DNA from: Melioribacteraceae bacterium
GTDB taxonomy: Bacteria; Bacteroidota; Ignavibacteria; Ignavibacteriales; Melioribacteraceae
Reading direction: 5' to 3'
Length of the DNA: 64,000 nucleotides
Assembly (NCBI GenBank): GCA_026983795.1
Contig: JALSTI010000058.1
Span: forward strand, 10,092-74,091
Every line of letters starts with the position of its first letter. The first letter of the stretch is position 1. This document shows positions 46,887 through 55,978 of the stretch, piece by piece. A program made the translations under genes and the position numbers. The notes under the pieces are model-generated. The model saw only the letters and a program-made list of their open reading frames with translations. It had not been told where the DNA came from and did no database searches.

Positions 46887-47087
46887 TTAATCCAGTTTTC
46901 TTCCTAATCTTACAGTAACTTGAAATTCGACTTCTGCTTCGGATACAATTCTTCCGCGTTGCTCAACAACTTCGAACCACGATACGCGCTTTTCTTTATT
47001 TGCCTCAAGAACAACGGATTTAACAGCGTCGGATATACTATTGTTAGATATTCCAACACGATCTATAATTTCATACGTTTTTGACAT
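46887..47087 (-). CDS. Dodecin-family small flavin-binding protein
   Basis: The 66-aa ORF has the pattern ...VGISNNSISDAVKSVVLEANKEKRVSWFEVVEQRGRI...FQVTVRLG. Both the pattern and the size match dodecins. Confidence 0.7.
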   Translation of the reverse strand: MSKTYEIIDRVGISNNSISDAVKSVVLEANKEKRVSWFEVVEQRGRIVSEAEVEFQVTVRLGRKLD

Positions 47088-47264
47088 GTTTACTCCTGTT
47101 AAAAGATTATTGGTTTAGTGATATTTAAATTTAACAGAATAAAATTTAACAAAAAACTTTTTTATAAAATTTTAATTCTCTTATCCGGCTCTATATCCAA
47201 AATAATTTTTTGATTCTTCTTAATAGATTGTTTAGATTTATATAAAAAATAAAAGGCTATAAAA

Positions 47265-47735
47265 TTGGACAAAAATATAGCTCACGAAAAATTTAAGTCC
47301 TTTTTAAAAAAAGGAAAACATCGCGTAACTTCGGAGCGGTTTGAAGTATTAGATTTTGCATTGGATTTCAAAGGGCACTTTGGAGCCGATGATCTTTACA
47401 TTTTAATGAAAAATAAAAAATCCAATATCTCAAGAGCTACCGTTTATAATACATTGGAACTGCTTGCACAATGTGATTTATTAGCCAAAAGAAATTTCGG
47501 CGATGGTAAAACAAGATACGAATCGAGTTTTAACAGAAAAAATCACGATCATTTAATCTGTATTAATTGCGGCGAGATAAAGGAATTTACTAATCCGAGA
47601 GTTCAGGAAATTGTGAATGAAATTTGCGACGAATTAGGATTCGAAATTTCCGGTTATTCTTTTAATATTTTCGGAAAATGTAAAGATCCCGAAAATTGCA
47701 AATATTTTAAACATAATAAACCCTCTAAAAAATAA
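47265..47735 (+). CDS. Fur-family metalloregulator (Fur/PerR/Zur not distinguishable)
   Basis: The 156-aa ORF starts with TTG. It has a winged-helix N-terminus (ISRATVYNTLELL) and a metal site (HDHLICINCGEIKEF). Confidence 0.8.
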   Translation: MDKNIAHEKFKSFLKKGKHRVTSERFEVLDFALDFKGHFGADDLYILMKNKKSNISRATVYNTLELLAQCDLLAKRNFGDGKTRYESSFNRKNHDHLICINCGEIKEFTNPRVQEIVNEICDELGFEISGYSFNIFGKCKDPENCKYFKHNKPSKK

Positions 47736-47755
47736 ACATTACCGAAAGTTGACTT

Positions 47756-48475
47756 ATGGCAAAAAAATTTATTCAAAAGTATCCATTGGTTTGGAAAAAG
47801 GACGATTTATTCATTAAGATTTATTGTTCAATACCAAATATTGCAACGGGAATAATATTAACGACAAATAACTCTACTTTTATTATCGATCCGGGCGACG
47901 GTATATTAAGAGATTTAAACAGGGATAAATCAGCCGAAGAAATCTTAAAAATTTCCGATATTTTTATCAGTCACGGTCATCATGATCATGTTGGCGGAGT
48001 ATGGTCTCTTTTAACCTACCTTTCCGTAATGCGGAAAAAAACGGCGCTAAACATTTTTTATCCCGAAGGATGTGTGGAAATTGAAAGTATATACAATGCG
48101 TTTCAAAAAGTATATTCGCATGAATTAACATATAAAATCAATTTACATCCGATTAATAGCAGCCGGACTTTTACCAGGAAATCTGTAAAAGTCAAACCGT
48201 TCAAAGTTAACCACAGGGAGTTTGCAGAGAATAATAAAACGGTGGAAGTTCCGTCAATTGGATTTAAATTTACTTATAACAATAAATCCATTTGTTACGG
48301 TGGCGACACTGCTTACAGCGAGAACTTAGTTAAAATGGCAAAGGGTTCCGATTTGGCTATAATTGAAGCGGGAGCTGAAAATGCAGAATTTACAGATCTG
48401 CATATGACGCGGGATCAAGCAAAAGCAATTGGGAATACGGCAAAAAAATATTTTTTGGTTCACGTTCCGGAATAA
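47756..48475 (+). CDS. MBL-fold metallo-hydrolase
   Basis: The 239-aa ORF has the HxHxDH motif (ISHGHHDHVGG), a later GGDTAY, and H at LVHVP. Confidence 0.75.
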   Translation: MAKKFIQKYPLVWKKDDLFIKIYCSIPNIATGIILTTNNSTFIIDPGDGILRDLNRDKSAEEILKISDIFISHGHHDHVGGVWSLLTYLSVMRKKTALNIFYPEGCVEIESIYNAFQKVYSHELTYKINLHPINSSRTFTRKSVKVKPFKVNHREFAENNKTVEVPSIGFKFTYNNKSICYGGDTAYSENLVKMAKGSDLAIIEAGAENAEFTDLHMTRDQAKAIGNTAKKYFLVHVPE

Positions 48476-49762
48476 TTATTTTGACGCGGATAAATTACCG
48501 CCGTAAGAAGTTGAATCAAATTTAATAGTTTCTAACCGGTTAAATAAACTATCTTTCAGAGCAATAAATTTATTCATATTTTCTTTTTTTACAGGCCGGC
48601 TAGGCGGAAAATTTTGTGTGAGATAATTTACCAATCTTCCATTTTTCCAGAACCGGAAATCCAAATGAGGTCCCGTGGCTAAACCTGTCCGTCCTACATA
48701 TCCTATTACTTGCCCTTGATGAACTTTTACTCCCGGTTTAATTCCCTTTCCGTAACGGGAAAGGTGAAGATATCCGGAAGAGTAAACACTGTTATGCTTG
48801 ATTTTAACAAATCTTCCCGCTTGACCCTTATACTTGGCTTGAACTACAATACCGTCGCCAACGGCTTGAACCGGCGTTCCGACAGCCGCGGCGTAATCAA
48901 TTCCCAAATGCGGACGGTAAATTCTAAGTATGGGATGAAATCTATGATATGAAAACCTTGAACTGATTCTTCTGTATTTTAACGGCGCTTTTAAGAATGC
49001 CTTCTGTAAACTATTGCCCGATTCATCAAAATATTCTTTTTTACCGTCTTCGGAAAACCGGAAAGCAAAATATTTATTTTTAATATGATCGAACTCTGCT
49101 GCTAATATATCACCTACTCCAACAAAATTATTGCCTACGAATTTTCTTTCATAAATAACTTTGAAACGGTCGCCTTTTTGAATAGTGTAAAAATCAATTT
49201 GCCAGGCAAACACATCGGCAAGTTTTATTGCCAATGCCGGACTTAATTTTTGTTGACTGAGCGTTAAATAAAGAGAAGAATTTATTACGCCGCTATCCTC
49301 ATTGGTTTTAACAATAACTTTTTTACTGCCTGCAGTAATATCAAGCGAATCGCCCAAATAAAATTTTACGAAATCAACGGGATTTTTCTCATAAATTAAA
49401 TATTCTATTGTTTGCATCGAATCGGGTTTTAAATAAACCAAATATTTTTTGTTAGCTTGAATTTTTCTTACATCGAATATTTTTTTAGACCGTGCGGCAA
49501 TCTCATCAATTTTTTTATAAGGAACATTATAAGACAAAAGAATATCGGCAAGCGTTTCGTTCTTTTTTACTTTAGCTTCTATCCTTTTCAACGAATCCGT
49601 ATTCAAACCGTATTCGTCAATATTATTTTTAACCGGTTGGGAGTTGTTTTTAGATTCTTGTATTTGGTTATCGGAACTGCATCCGAAATAAACCGGTAAG
49701 CTAAGCAGCAATAAAATTAAAATACATGGTATCCGCAGCAAAGTAACATTTTTAATATTCAA
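48476..49762 (-). CDS. M23 family (LytM-type) peptidoglycan metalloendopeptidase
   Basis: The 428-aa ORF starts with TTG and has a lipoprotein-like signal (YFGCS). An OapA/LysM-like segment (ETLADILLSYNV) is present. The catalytic motifs are HLGIDYAAAVGTPV and GRTGLATGPHLDFR. Confidence 0.85.
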   Translation of the reverse strand: MNIKNVTLLRIPCILILLLLSLPVYFGCSSDNQIQESKNNSQPVKNNIDEYGLNTDSLKRIEAKVKKNETLADILLSYNVPYKKIDEIAARSKKIFDVRKIQANKKYLVYLKPDSMQTIEYLIYEKNPVDFVKFYLGDSLDITAGSKKVIVKTNEDSGVINSSLYLTLSQQKLSPALAIKLADVFAWQIDFYTIQKGDRFKVIYERKFVGNNFVGVGDILAAEFDHIKNKYFAFRFSEDGKKEYFDESGNSLQKAFLKAPLKYRRISSRFSYHRFHPILRIYRPHLGIDYAAAVGTPVQAVGDGIVVQAKYKGQAGRFVKIKHNSVYSSGYLHLSRYGKGIKPGVKVHQGQVIGYVGRTGLATGPHLDFRFWKNGRLVNYLTQNFPPSRPVKKENMNKFIALKDSLFNRLETIKFDSTSYGGNLSASK

Positions 49763-49766
49763 CTTT

Positions 49767-49794
49767 TAATTTCTAATTTCTAATTTCTAATTTC
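49767..49794. repeat. Perfect tandem heptamer (TAATTTC)x4
   Basis: I read this directly from the sequence. It lies between the moxR stop (49795) and the TTG start of the M23 peptidase gene (49762). Confidence 0.9.
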
Positions 49795-50787
49795 TTAAAC
49801 TGTTAATTTATTTATTATATCAACACTAGTTATTCCGTCGGCTTCTGCATTAAAGCTAGGAATAATTCTATGCCTTAAAACGGGAATCAAAGAACTTTTT
49901 ACGTCGTCAATATTGGGCGTAAAGCGACCATCCATAATTGCTTTTGTTTTTGCCGATAAAATCAGATATTGCGAGGCTCTTGGTCCCGCGCCCCAATTCA
50001 CCCAATCCTTTATGAAACCAAGTCCACCGTTATCAACCGGACGTGTGGATTTAACAATTTTAACTGCATATTCAATCACATTTTCAGCCACAGGAACTCT
50101 TCTAACCAAGTTTTGAAACTCGATAAGTTTATCCGCATCAATAATTTTTTCTAATTTACCGGCAGCATCCGCAGTAGTTGTACGTATAATTTCTATTTCC
50201 TCTTCGTACGAGGGATAATCGAGCCAGAGATTAAACATAAATCTGTCCAATTGAGCTTCGGGTAACGGATAAGTGCCTTCTTGTTCAATAGGATTTTGAG
50301 TGGCAAGCACAAAAAACGGTTCCTTAAGCATAAACGATTCGCCTGCGGCAGTTACATTATGTTCTTGCATCGCTTCCAAAAGCGCTGACTGCGTTTTAGG
50401 CGGAGTTCTGTTAATTTCATCGGCAAGAACGATATTGGCAAAGATAGGACCTTTTATAAATCTAAACGATCTTTTTTTACTTATTTGGTCTTCTTCTATT
50501 ATTTCGGTTCCCGTAATATCGCTCGGCATTAAATCGGGTGTGAACTGAATTCTGCTGAACGAAAGGTCTAAAACTTCGGCAAGAGTTTTAATCAGTAAAG
50601 TTTTGGCAAGACCCGGAACGCCCACAAGCAAACAATGCCCGCGCGCAAGCAGACTTATAAGTAAATTATCAATAATTTCATTTTGCCCGATAATTACTTT
50701 AGCAATTTCTTTTTTAACGCTTGAAATTAGATGAGTTAGTTCTTCAACTAACTTAACATCATCTGGATTTTGAATTTGATCAGTCAA
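49795..50787 (-). CDS. MoxR-like AAA+ ATPase
   Basis: The 330-aa ORF has Walker A (LLVGVPGLAKT), Walker B and sensor (ADEINRTPPKTQSALLEAMQE), and FFVLATQNPIEQEGTYPLPEAQLDRF. Confidence 0.9.
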   Translation of the reverse strand: MTDQIQNPDDVKLVEELTHLISSVKKEIAKVIIGQNEIIDNLLISLLARGHCLLVGVPGLAKTLLIKTLAEVLDLSFSRIQFTPDLMPSDITGTEIIEEDQISKKRSFRFIKGPIFANIVLADEINRTPPKTQSALLEAMQEHNVTAAGESFMLKEPFFVLATQNPIEQEGTYPLPEAQLDRFMFNLWLDYPSYEEEIEIIRTTTADAAGKLEKIIDADKLIEFQNLVRRVPVAENVIEYAVKIVKSTRPVDNGGLGFIKDWVNWGAGPRASQYLILSAKTKAIMDGRFTPNIDDVKSSLIPVLRHRIIPSFNAEADGITSVDIINKLTV

Positions 50788-50796
50788 TAATATTTC

Positions 50797-52065
50797 CTAA
50801 GCTCTAATTTCCCAATAAATTTTATTTTTTAATTCGCTAATCCAATTTTTAAACAGTTTTTCTTTCTTTTTAAATTCGGCAAGTTTTTTAATTTCGTCGT
50901 AATCCGTTTTCAAAGAAGGTTTATGAGCCGGAATATGTTTTAACAATTTTACAATATGAAAACCGTATTCATTTTGAGTTAAATTTAATCTTTTGGGAAA
51001 ACTAATTTCGCCGACTTTCAATTTGTAAATTAAATCCAACAGAGGTTTGTCCAACTGCCCGGCTTCAAAGGTTCCTAACAAACCGCCGAGCGGAGCCGTT
51101 TGTTTATCGTCGCTATATTTTTTAGCATAATATTCGAATGTATTTTTTCCGGCAAGGATGCTATCCCGCAAATCCGTTAAAAGCTCAATAGCTTTAAGAT
51201 CCGCTTCGGAATCCGTTTTAGGTTTGATTAAAATATGTCTAACGTGAATTGCTTCGCCCCTTCTTTCCAAAAGTTGAATAATATGATAACCAACCGGCGA
51301 TTCCACAACGCCCGATATTTCGTTTTTCTTAAGCGCAAAAGCAGCAGCTTCAAATTCGGGATAAAAAACTCCCCGTTTCACAAATCCCAAGTCGCCGCCT
51401 TCTATTGCGCTGCCGGGATCGTCAGAATACTTTTTAGCCAATTTGGCAAAGTCAGCGCCATTTTTTAACGAATCCAATAAAGCTTCGGCAAATTTTTTAG
51501 CTTTCTTCTTCAATCTTTCGCTGGATTTTGGATTAATGAAAATATGGGCGATGGTAAATTTCTCGGGAATTTCTCCTAATGAATCTTTCTTCTCTTCGAA
51601 AAATTTTTCTACTTCATGGCGGGAAATATCGACTTTGCCGAATTTTTTAGCTTTTAATTTATCGGACATTAAATTTTTCTTCGTATCGTCTCTTAATTCC
51701 CTTTTAATTTTTTCAATGCTCATTCCGTATGCTTTTTCCAACTTATCTTTCGATCCATACTGTTGGATGTAATAGTTAATAAGATTTTCAATTTGCGCTT
51801 GAACTTCATCATCGGTAACCTCAATTGAATCTAATTCTGCTTCCGTATAAACCAACTTATCTTCAACTAATTTATTAAGAATTTGTTTTCTTAATTTTTT
51901 ATCGGGTTTTATTCCTCTTTGAGCTGCAAACAATTCGGTTTGAAAATCCAATTCCGATTTCAAAATTATTTCATCTCCAACTACGGCTATTATTTTATCC
52001 AATACTTCTTGCGCAAATAAAATTTGGCCGGTTAACAAAAATATTATAAATAGAATTTTTTTCAT
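50797..52065 (-). CDS. SurA-like periplasmic chaperone / parvulin peptidyl-prolyl isomerase
   Basis: The 422-aa ORF has a signal peptide and a SurA_N-like start (DKIIAVVGDEIILKSEL). Two parvulin modules are present (GGDLGFVKRGVFYPEFE...GYHIIQL and a second ending YGFHIVKL). Confidence 0.8.
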   Translation of the reverse strand: MKKILFIIFLLTGQILFAQEVLDKIIAVVGDEIILKSELDFQTELFAAQRGIKPDKKLRKQILNKLVEDKLVYTEAELDSIEVTDDEVQAQIENLINYYIQQYGSKDKLEKAYGMSIEKIKRELRDDTKKNLMSDKLKAKKFGKVDISRHEVEKFFEEKKDSLGEIPEKFTIAHIFINPKSSERLKKKAKKFAEALLDSLKNGADFAKLAKKYSDDPGSAIEGGDLGFVKRGVFYPEFEAAAFALKKNEISGVVESPVGYHIIQLLERRGEAIHVRHILIKPKTDSEADLKAIELLTDLRDSILAGKNTFEYYAKKYSDDKQTAPLGGLLGTFEAGQLDKPLLDLIYKLKVGEISFPKRLNLTQNEYGFHIVKLLKHIPAHKPSLKTDYDEIKKLAEFKKKEKLFKNWISELKNKIYWEIRA

Positions 52066-52067
52066 TA

Positions 52068-52874
52068 TTAATCTCTTGTTATGTGAACTTGAAATTCTTC
52101 GTAAAGTTTAGATATGTAATTTTTAATAATTTGTTTTGTACGAATAATCTTTAATCTCTCTTCAACTTGATCTGTTATATACGTTAGTTTAGGCACGTCG
52201 CCTTTATTAAATTTATTAATTAATTGAACAACGGTAAAGTTTCCCGGTTCCGTTTCTATTACCAAACTAATTGTATTTTTTCTTAATTGTTCTACAATTC
52301 TCAATAAACTTTTCGGTTGAATTTCATTTTTATAGACCAATTTTTTTTCGGAATGACCGGAAACGGATTTAAACTCCGATAAATGTTTTAGATTATCCTT
52401 CCAACCGGAAGATAATAATAACTGCCTGAATTTAATTGCTTCGTTTTCGTCTCCAAAGTTTATAACATTCAATACGTAAGCGTCAAACGGTAATGAAAAT
52501 TCATCTTTGTGATTATAATAATATTTCCTTAAGTCAGTGGGAGTAATAACTATATTACTATCTTTTACAACTTTTTGCAACAAAAACGCAGAAGCAAGCT
52601 CTTTTTTGGATTGGGTAACAATGTTGTTGTAAAGCGAATCTTTTGTAATTTTACTTTTTACTGACTTTTGATACAACACTTCGGTTTGAATCCATTGTCT
52701 AATAAATTCCTCTTTAAATTTATTCTGAAATCTTTCAGAACCGAGAGCCGTTTCCAATTCCCTTTCCGTTAAAACTTCATTACCAACCCTTGCTATTTCT
52801 TTAGATACAGGCGCTTTTTCCTTACATGAAACAATAATCAAAGAAAAAACAAATATAATTAATTTACGATGCAT
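52068..52874 (-). CDS. Lipoprotein with a SurA-N/PpiD-like chaperone domain (no clear PPIase core)
   Basis: The 268-aa ORF has a lipobox-like signal (LIIVSC). It begins IARVGNEVLTERELE..., like SurA_N domains. No parvulin signature is visible. Confidence 0.5.
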   Translation of the reverse strand: MHRKLIIFVFSLIIVSCKEKAPVSKEIARVGNEVLTERELETALGSERFQNKFKEEFIRQWIQTEVLYQKSVKSKITKDSLYNNIVTQSKKELASAFLLQKVVKDSNIVITPTDLRKYYYNHKDEFSLPFDAYVLNVINFGDENEAIKFRQLLLSSGWKDNLKHLSEFKSVSGHSEKKLVYKNEIQPKSLLRIVEQLRKNTISLVIETEPGNFTVVQLINKFNKGDVPKLTYITDQVEERLKIIRTKQIIKNYISKLYEEFQVHITRD

Positions 52875-54852
52875 CCTTTTTGTATGCTAATTTTAATTTG
52901 TCGTAATAATAAATAGGATTATAAATCCCTTTTAGTCTTGTTATATATTCGTTTTCCAACCGTTTACTTTCTTCTTCTTGAAATGCGCTGGAAACTTCCG
53001 CTTTTGCTTCTTCAAACGTTTTAAGGCGTTCGGAAATCTTTTTATTCAGTTTAACAATAGACCAACCGCCGGAATGTTTAAAAGGTTTGGAAAATTCGCC
53101 GGGAACTTCAAGAGCGGCAGCTTGTTTCGATAATTCGCTTCTTGTAACTTCCATTACCGGGAAATGCCCGGCTTTCTTTTTGAAACCTTTCCTTTCGGTG
53201 TATTTGGCGGCAAGAGAATCGAAATTTGCGCCGTTTTTCAATTCTTTATAATATTTATTTATCAATGAATCGCTTCTGCTATATATTTCGCTCAGGTCAA
53301 CTTTTTCGGGCATAACATATTGTTTTTTATGCGCTAAATAATAATTGTAAACCCCGGCACTGTCTACTTTTAATTTATTCCAAACTTCCTCTTGTTGTAA
53401 TTTAAAAATATAAAGACCTTCTTTATAATCCTTCATCAACTTTGCAAAGACAGGATCTTCGGATTCCAAACTTTCAACTTTTTTCTCAATTAGCAGCTGT
53501 CCCGCATATTTGTTAATAGCGTTTAATAAATTTTGTTTCGTAATTATTTTATTAGTGTAAACTTTATCGCCTTTAATAAATTTAAATAAGCTGTCACATA
53601 TCACATTATTATTTCCCGCGTAAGAAAATATCACGTAATCTTTTACTAAATTACTGAAAGTGTGATTATAATAATCTTTAAATTTAGCGGAATCAGCCGC
53701 ATCGACAATTTTATCAACCGATGAATTATTAACCGCGTAATTAAATTTAGTTTTTAACGTATCAACCAAATGTTTATAATCCGATTGATACCTTGCTCTT
53801 TTATAAAGTTTTTTTAAACTTTCTTTATCTTTTTCAAAAGTAGGATAAGGTTCAATATCGGTTAATTTTATCAAGTGATAGCCGAATTTAGTTCTAACAA
53901 TACCGGAGACCTCTCCTTTTTTAAGATTAAAAGCAGCTTCGTCAAAGGGTCGTACCATTCTTCTTCTACCGAAGAAACCTAAATCGCCGCCTCTTTTAGC
54001 GCTGCCCGGGTCTTCCGAATATTCTTTTGCAAGTTCGGCAAAATCAGCGCCGTTATTCAATTTCTTTTGAATTTCTTTTATTTTAGCTAAAGCCTCGTCA
54101 GGTTTGCGGTTTTTATCTTTGCTTTTAAAACTAATCATTATATGGCTAACTCTTATTCGCGGTTTTCTTTTTCTTCTTTCGGTAACTTTAATAATATGAA
54201 AGCCGTATCTGGTTTGAACAACATGGGGATAAACCGAACCAACTTTTGTATTGTAAGCCGCGTCTACAAATTCGGGGGGCAATTCGCCTGCTGTAAAATA
54301 ATATAAGTCTCCGCCTTTAGATTTTGAATAGTTATCATCCGAATATTTTTTAACAAGGTCTTCAAATTTTTCGCCCTTTTTAATTTTATTCAACACCATT
54401 TCAGCTTCTTTGCGCGCCTGTTCTTTGGAGACCGTATCGGCCTTAATCATTATATGTTTCGCTCTGAGTTCTTCCTTTCTGCGTTGGTATAAAACTTTTA
54501 TGCCTTTATCAACCAGTTCTTTTTCGAGATAATAAGAAACGCCAATTTTTTTCCGGTAGTCATTAAGTTCATTGGTTATAGATGTATCTTTATCGAAGCC
54601 TCTAACTTTGGCATCGCGAAGTTTCATTTTAAAGTTTACAAGAAGATCTAAAAATTTTTTATAATCGGAAAGCGAATCTTTTTCTGCTTTTTCCAAACTG
54701 CCAACATTTTTAGCGTACTCTTTTTCAAATTCTCCCATAGTAATATTAGAGTCGTCATATTTGGCTACAATTATTTTTGAGTGTTCGGGGGTACAAGAAT
54801 AAAATAAAGATAGAACAACAACCGAAACGATTAAACTCAAACGAACTTTCAT
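52864..54852 (-). CDS. PpiD-like periplasmic chaperone with two parvulin PPIase domains
   Basis: The 662-aa ORF has a lipoprotein-like signal (LFYSC). The two parvulin modules are HIMIKAD...GGDLYYFTAGELPPEF...YGFHIIKV and HIMISFK...GGDLGFFGRRRMVRPFD...FGYHLIKL. Confidence 0.8.
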   Translation of the reverse strand: MKVRLSLIVSVVVLSLFYSCTPEHSKIIVAKYDDSNITMGEFEKEYAKNVGSLEKAEKDSLSDYKKFLDLLVNFKMKLRDAKVRGFDKDTSITNELNDYRKKIGVSYYLEKELVDKGIKVLYQRRKEELRAKHIMIKADTVSKEQARKEAEMVLNKIKKGEKFEDLVKKYSDDNYSKSKGGDLYYFTAGELPPEFVDAAYNTKVGSVYPHVVQTRYGFHIIKVTERRKRKPRIRVSHIMISFKSKDKNRKPDEALAKIKEIQKKLNNGADFAELAKEYSEDPGSAKRGGDLGFFGRRRMVRPFDEAAFNLKKGEVSGIVRTKFGYHLIKLTDIEPYPTFEKDKESLKKLYKRARYQSDYKHLVDTLKTKFNYAVNNSSVDKIVDAADSAKFKDYYNHTFSNLVKDYVIFSYAGNNNVICDSLFKFIKGDKVYTNKIITKQNLLNAINKYAGQLLIEKKVESLESEDPVFAKLMKDYKEGLYIFKLQQEEVWNKLKVDSAGVYNYYLAHKKQYVMPEKVDLSEIYSRSDSLINKYYKELKNGANFDSLAAKYTERKGFKKKAGHFPVMEVTRSELSKQAAALEVPGEFSKPFKHSGGWSIVKLNKKISERLKTFEEAKAEVSSAFQEEESKRLENEYITRLKGIYNPIYYYDKLKLAYKKDAS

Positions 54853-55003
54853 TAATTAACCTCCTAATTCATTAAAACTTAACTTCGAAGTTTACCGATA
54901 GATACAGTTAAAATCAAGGTTTGAAATAAGCAGGAGTTTTATTAAGAATAATTTAAAGTAATTACAAGTTAAAATAATTTTAGTATAAGGAAATAAACCC
55001 AAG

Positions 55004-55939
55004 TTATTTTTTTTCAACGGGATATGTATTCCTTTCCCAAAAATATCCGTTAACAAATCCTTGAATTCTTTTATTATTTTCGGCTAACTGAAGGCGTTTT
55101 TCGGCAATGCATGCAAATTTTTTATCAATCTCAATACCCACATATTTTCTGTGCAATTTTTTTGATACAACAGCAGTTGTACCCGAGCCTAAAAACGGAT
55201 CAAAAACTATATCGTTTTTGTTACTGCTGGCTAAAATTATTTTAGCAATCAATTTCTCTGGTTTTTGAGTCGGGTGTTCGGTATTTTCGGGCATCGACCA
55301 AAACGGAACGGAAATATCGGTCCAAATGTTGGAAGGATGAGTTAGTCTGTATTTACCGTTATTTTGTTTTACCCAATCTTTCGGTTCCCCGTTATCTTTA
55401 TACGGTGCAAGAACCTTTCTTTTTAATTTCACGTCATTCGTATTAAATGTATAAGTTTTACTAACGGTACAAAACCAAATATCTTCGGAGTTATTTTTCC
55501 AATTATATCTTGCGCCTCTACCTTTATCCCTTTCCCAGGTAATTCTGTTCCTAACCTTAAAATATTTACTCAGCACCAGATGAACCGAAGTTGAAGAATG
55601 CCAATCGCTGCAAAAATAAACCGAAGCGGTCGGTTTTAATATTTTTATAAGCTTTTTTAGAAAACTATCCACCCAGTCTGCATATTTATCAATAGATTTT
55701 TTATTAAATATTAAACTATTAAAATATTTAGTCATATTATACGGCGGATCGATAATTAAAAGGTCAACAAATTTTTCGGGAAGAAAATTAAGAACGTCGA
55801 AAAGATTTTGGTTTATTATTTTATTAAGTATTTCCGGCGGTTTTACATTATGGGATAAGGTTAATAAATTTTTCTCGAATTTCCTTTTTTCTTCTTCGGT
55901 TAAACGAACAGTTTTATTTCTGGTTGTATTATTTTTCAT
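55004..55939 (-). CDS. Beta-class DNA methyltransferase (N6-adenine or N4-cytosine), no partner endonuclease
   Basis: The 311-aa ORF has motif IV (IIDPPYN) at aa 62-68 and AdoMet motif I (DPFLGSGTT) near the C-terminus. This order is typical of PF01555 beta-class enzymes. Confidence 0.85.
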   Translation of the reverse strand: MKNNTTRNKTVRLTEEEKRKFEKNLLTLSHNVKPPEILNKIINQNLFDVLNFLPEKFVDLLIIDPPYNMTKYFNSLIFNKKSIDKYADWVDSFLKKLIKILKPTASVYFCSDWHSSTSVHLVLSKYFKVRNRITWERDKGRGARYNWKNNSEDIWFCTVSKTYTFNTNDVKLKRKVLAPYKDNGEPKDWVKQNNGKYRLTHPSNIWTDISVPFWSMPENTEHPTQKPEKLIAKIILASSNKNDIVFDPFLGSGTTAVVSKKLHRKYVGIEIDKKFACIAEKRLQLAENNKRIQGFVNGYFWERNTYPVEKK

Positions 55940-55978
55940 TGACTATTTTAATAACGGTATAAAATTGATATGAACAAA

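Noticed and set aside
47088-47264. A Fur/PerR box in the dodecin-fur divergent intergenic region.
   Set aside because: I found only loose AT-rich near-matches (e.g. AATAATTTTTTGATTCTT). There is no convincing 7-1-7 or 19-bp palindrome, and in DNA this AT-rich such partial matches are expected by chance.
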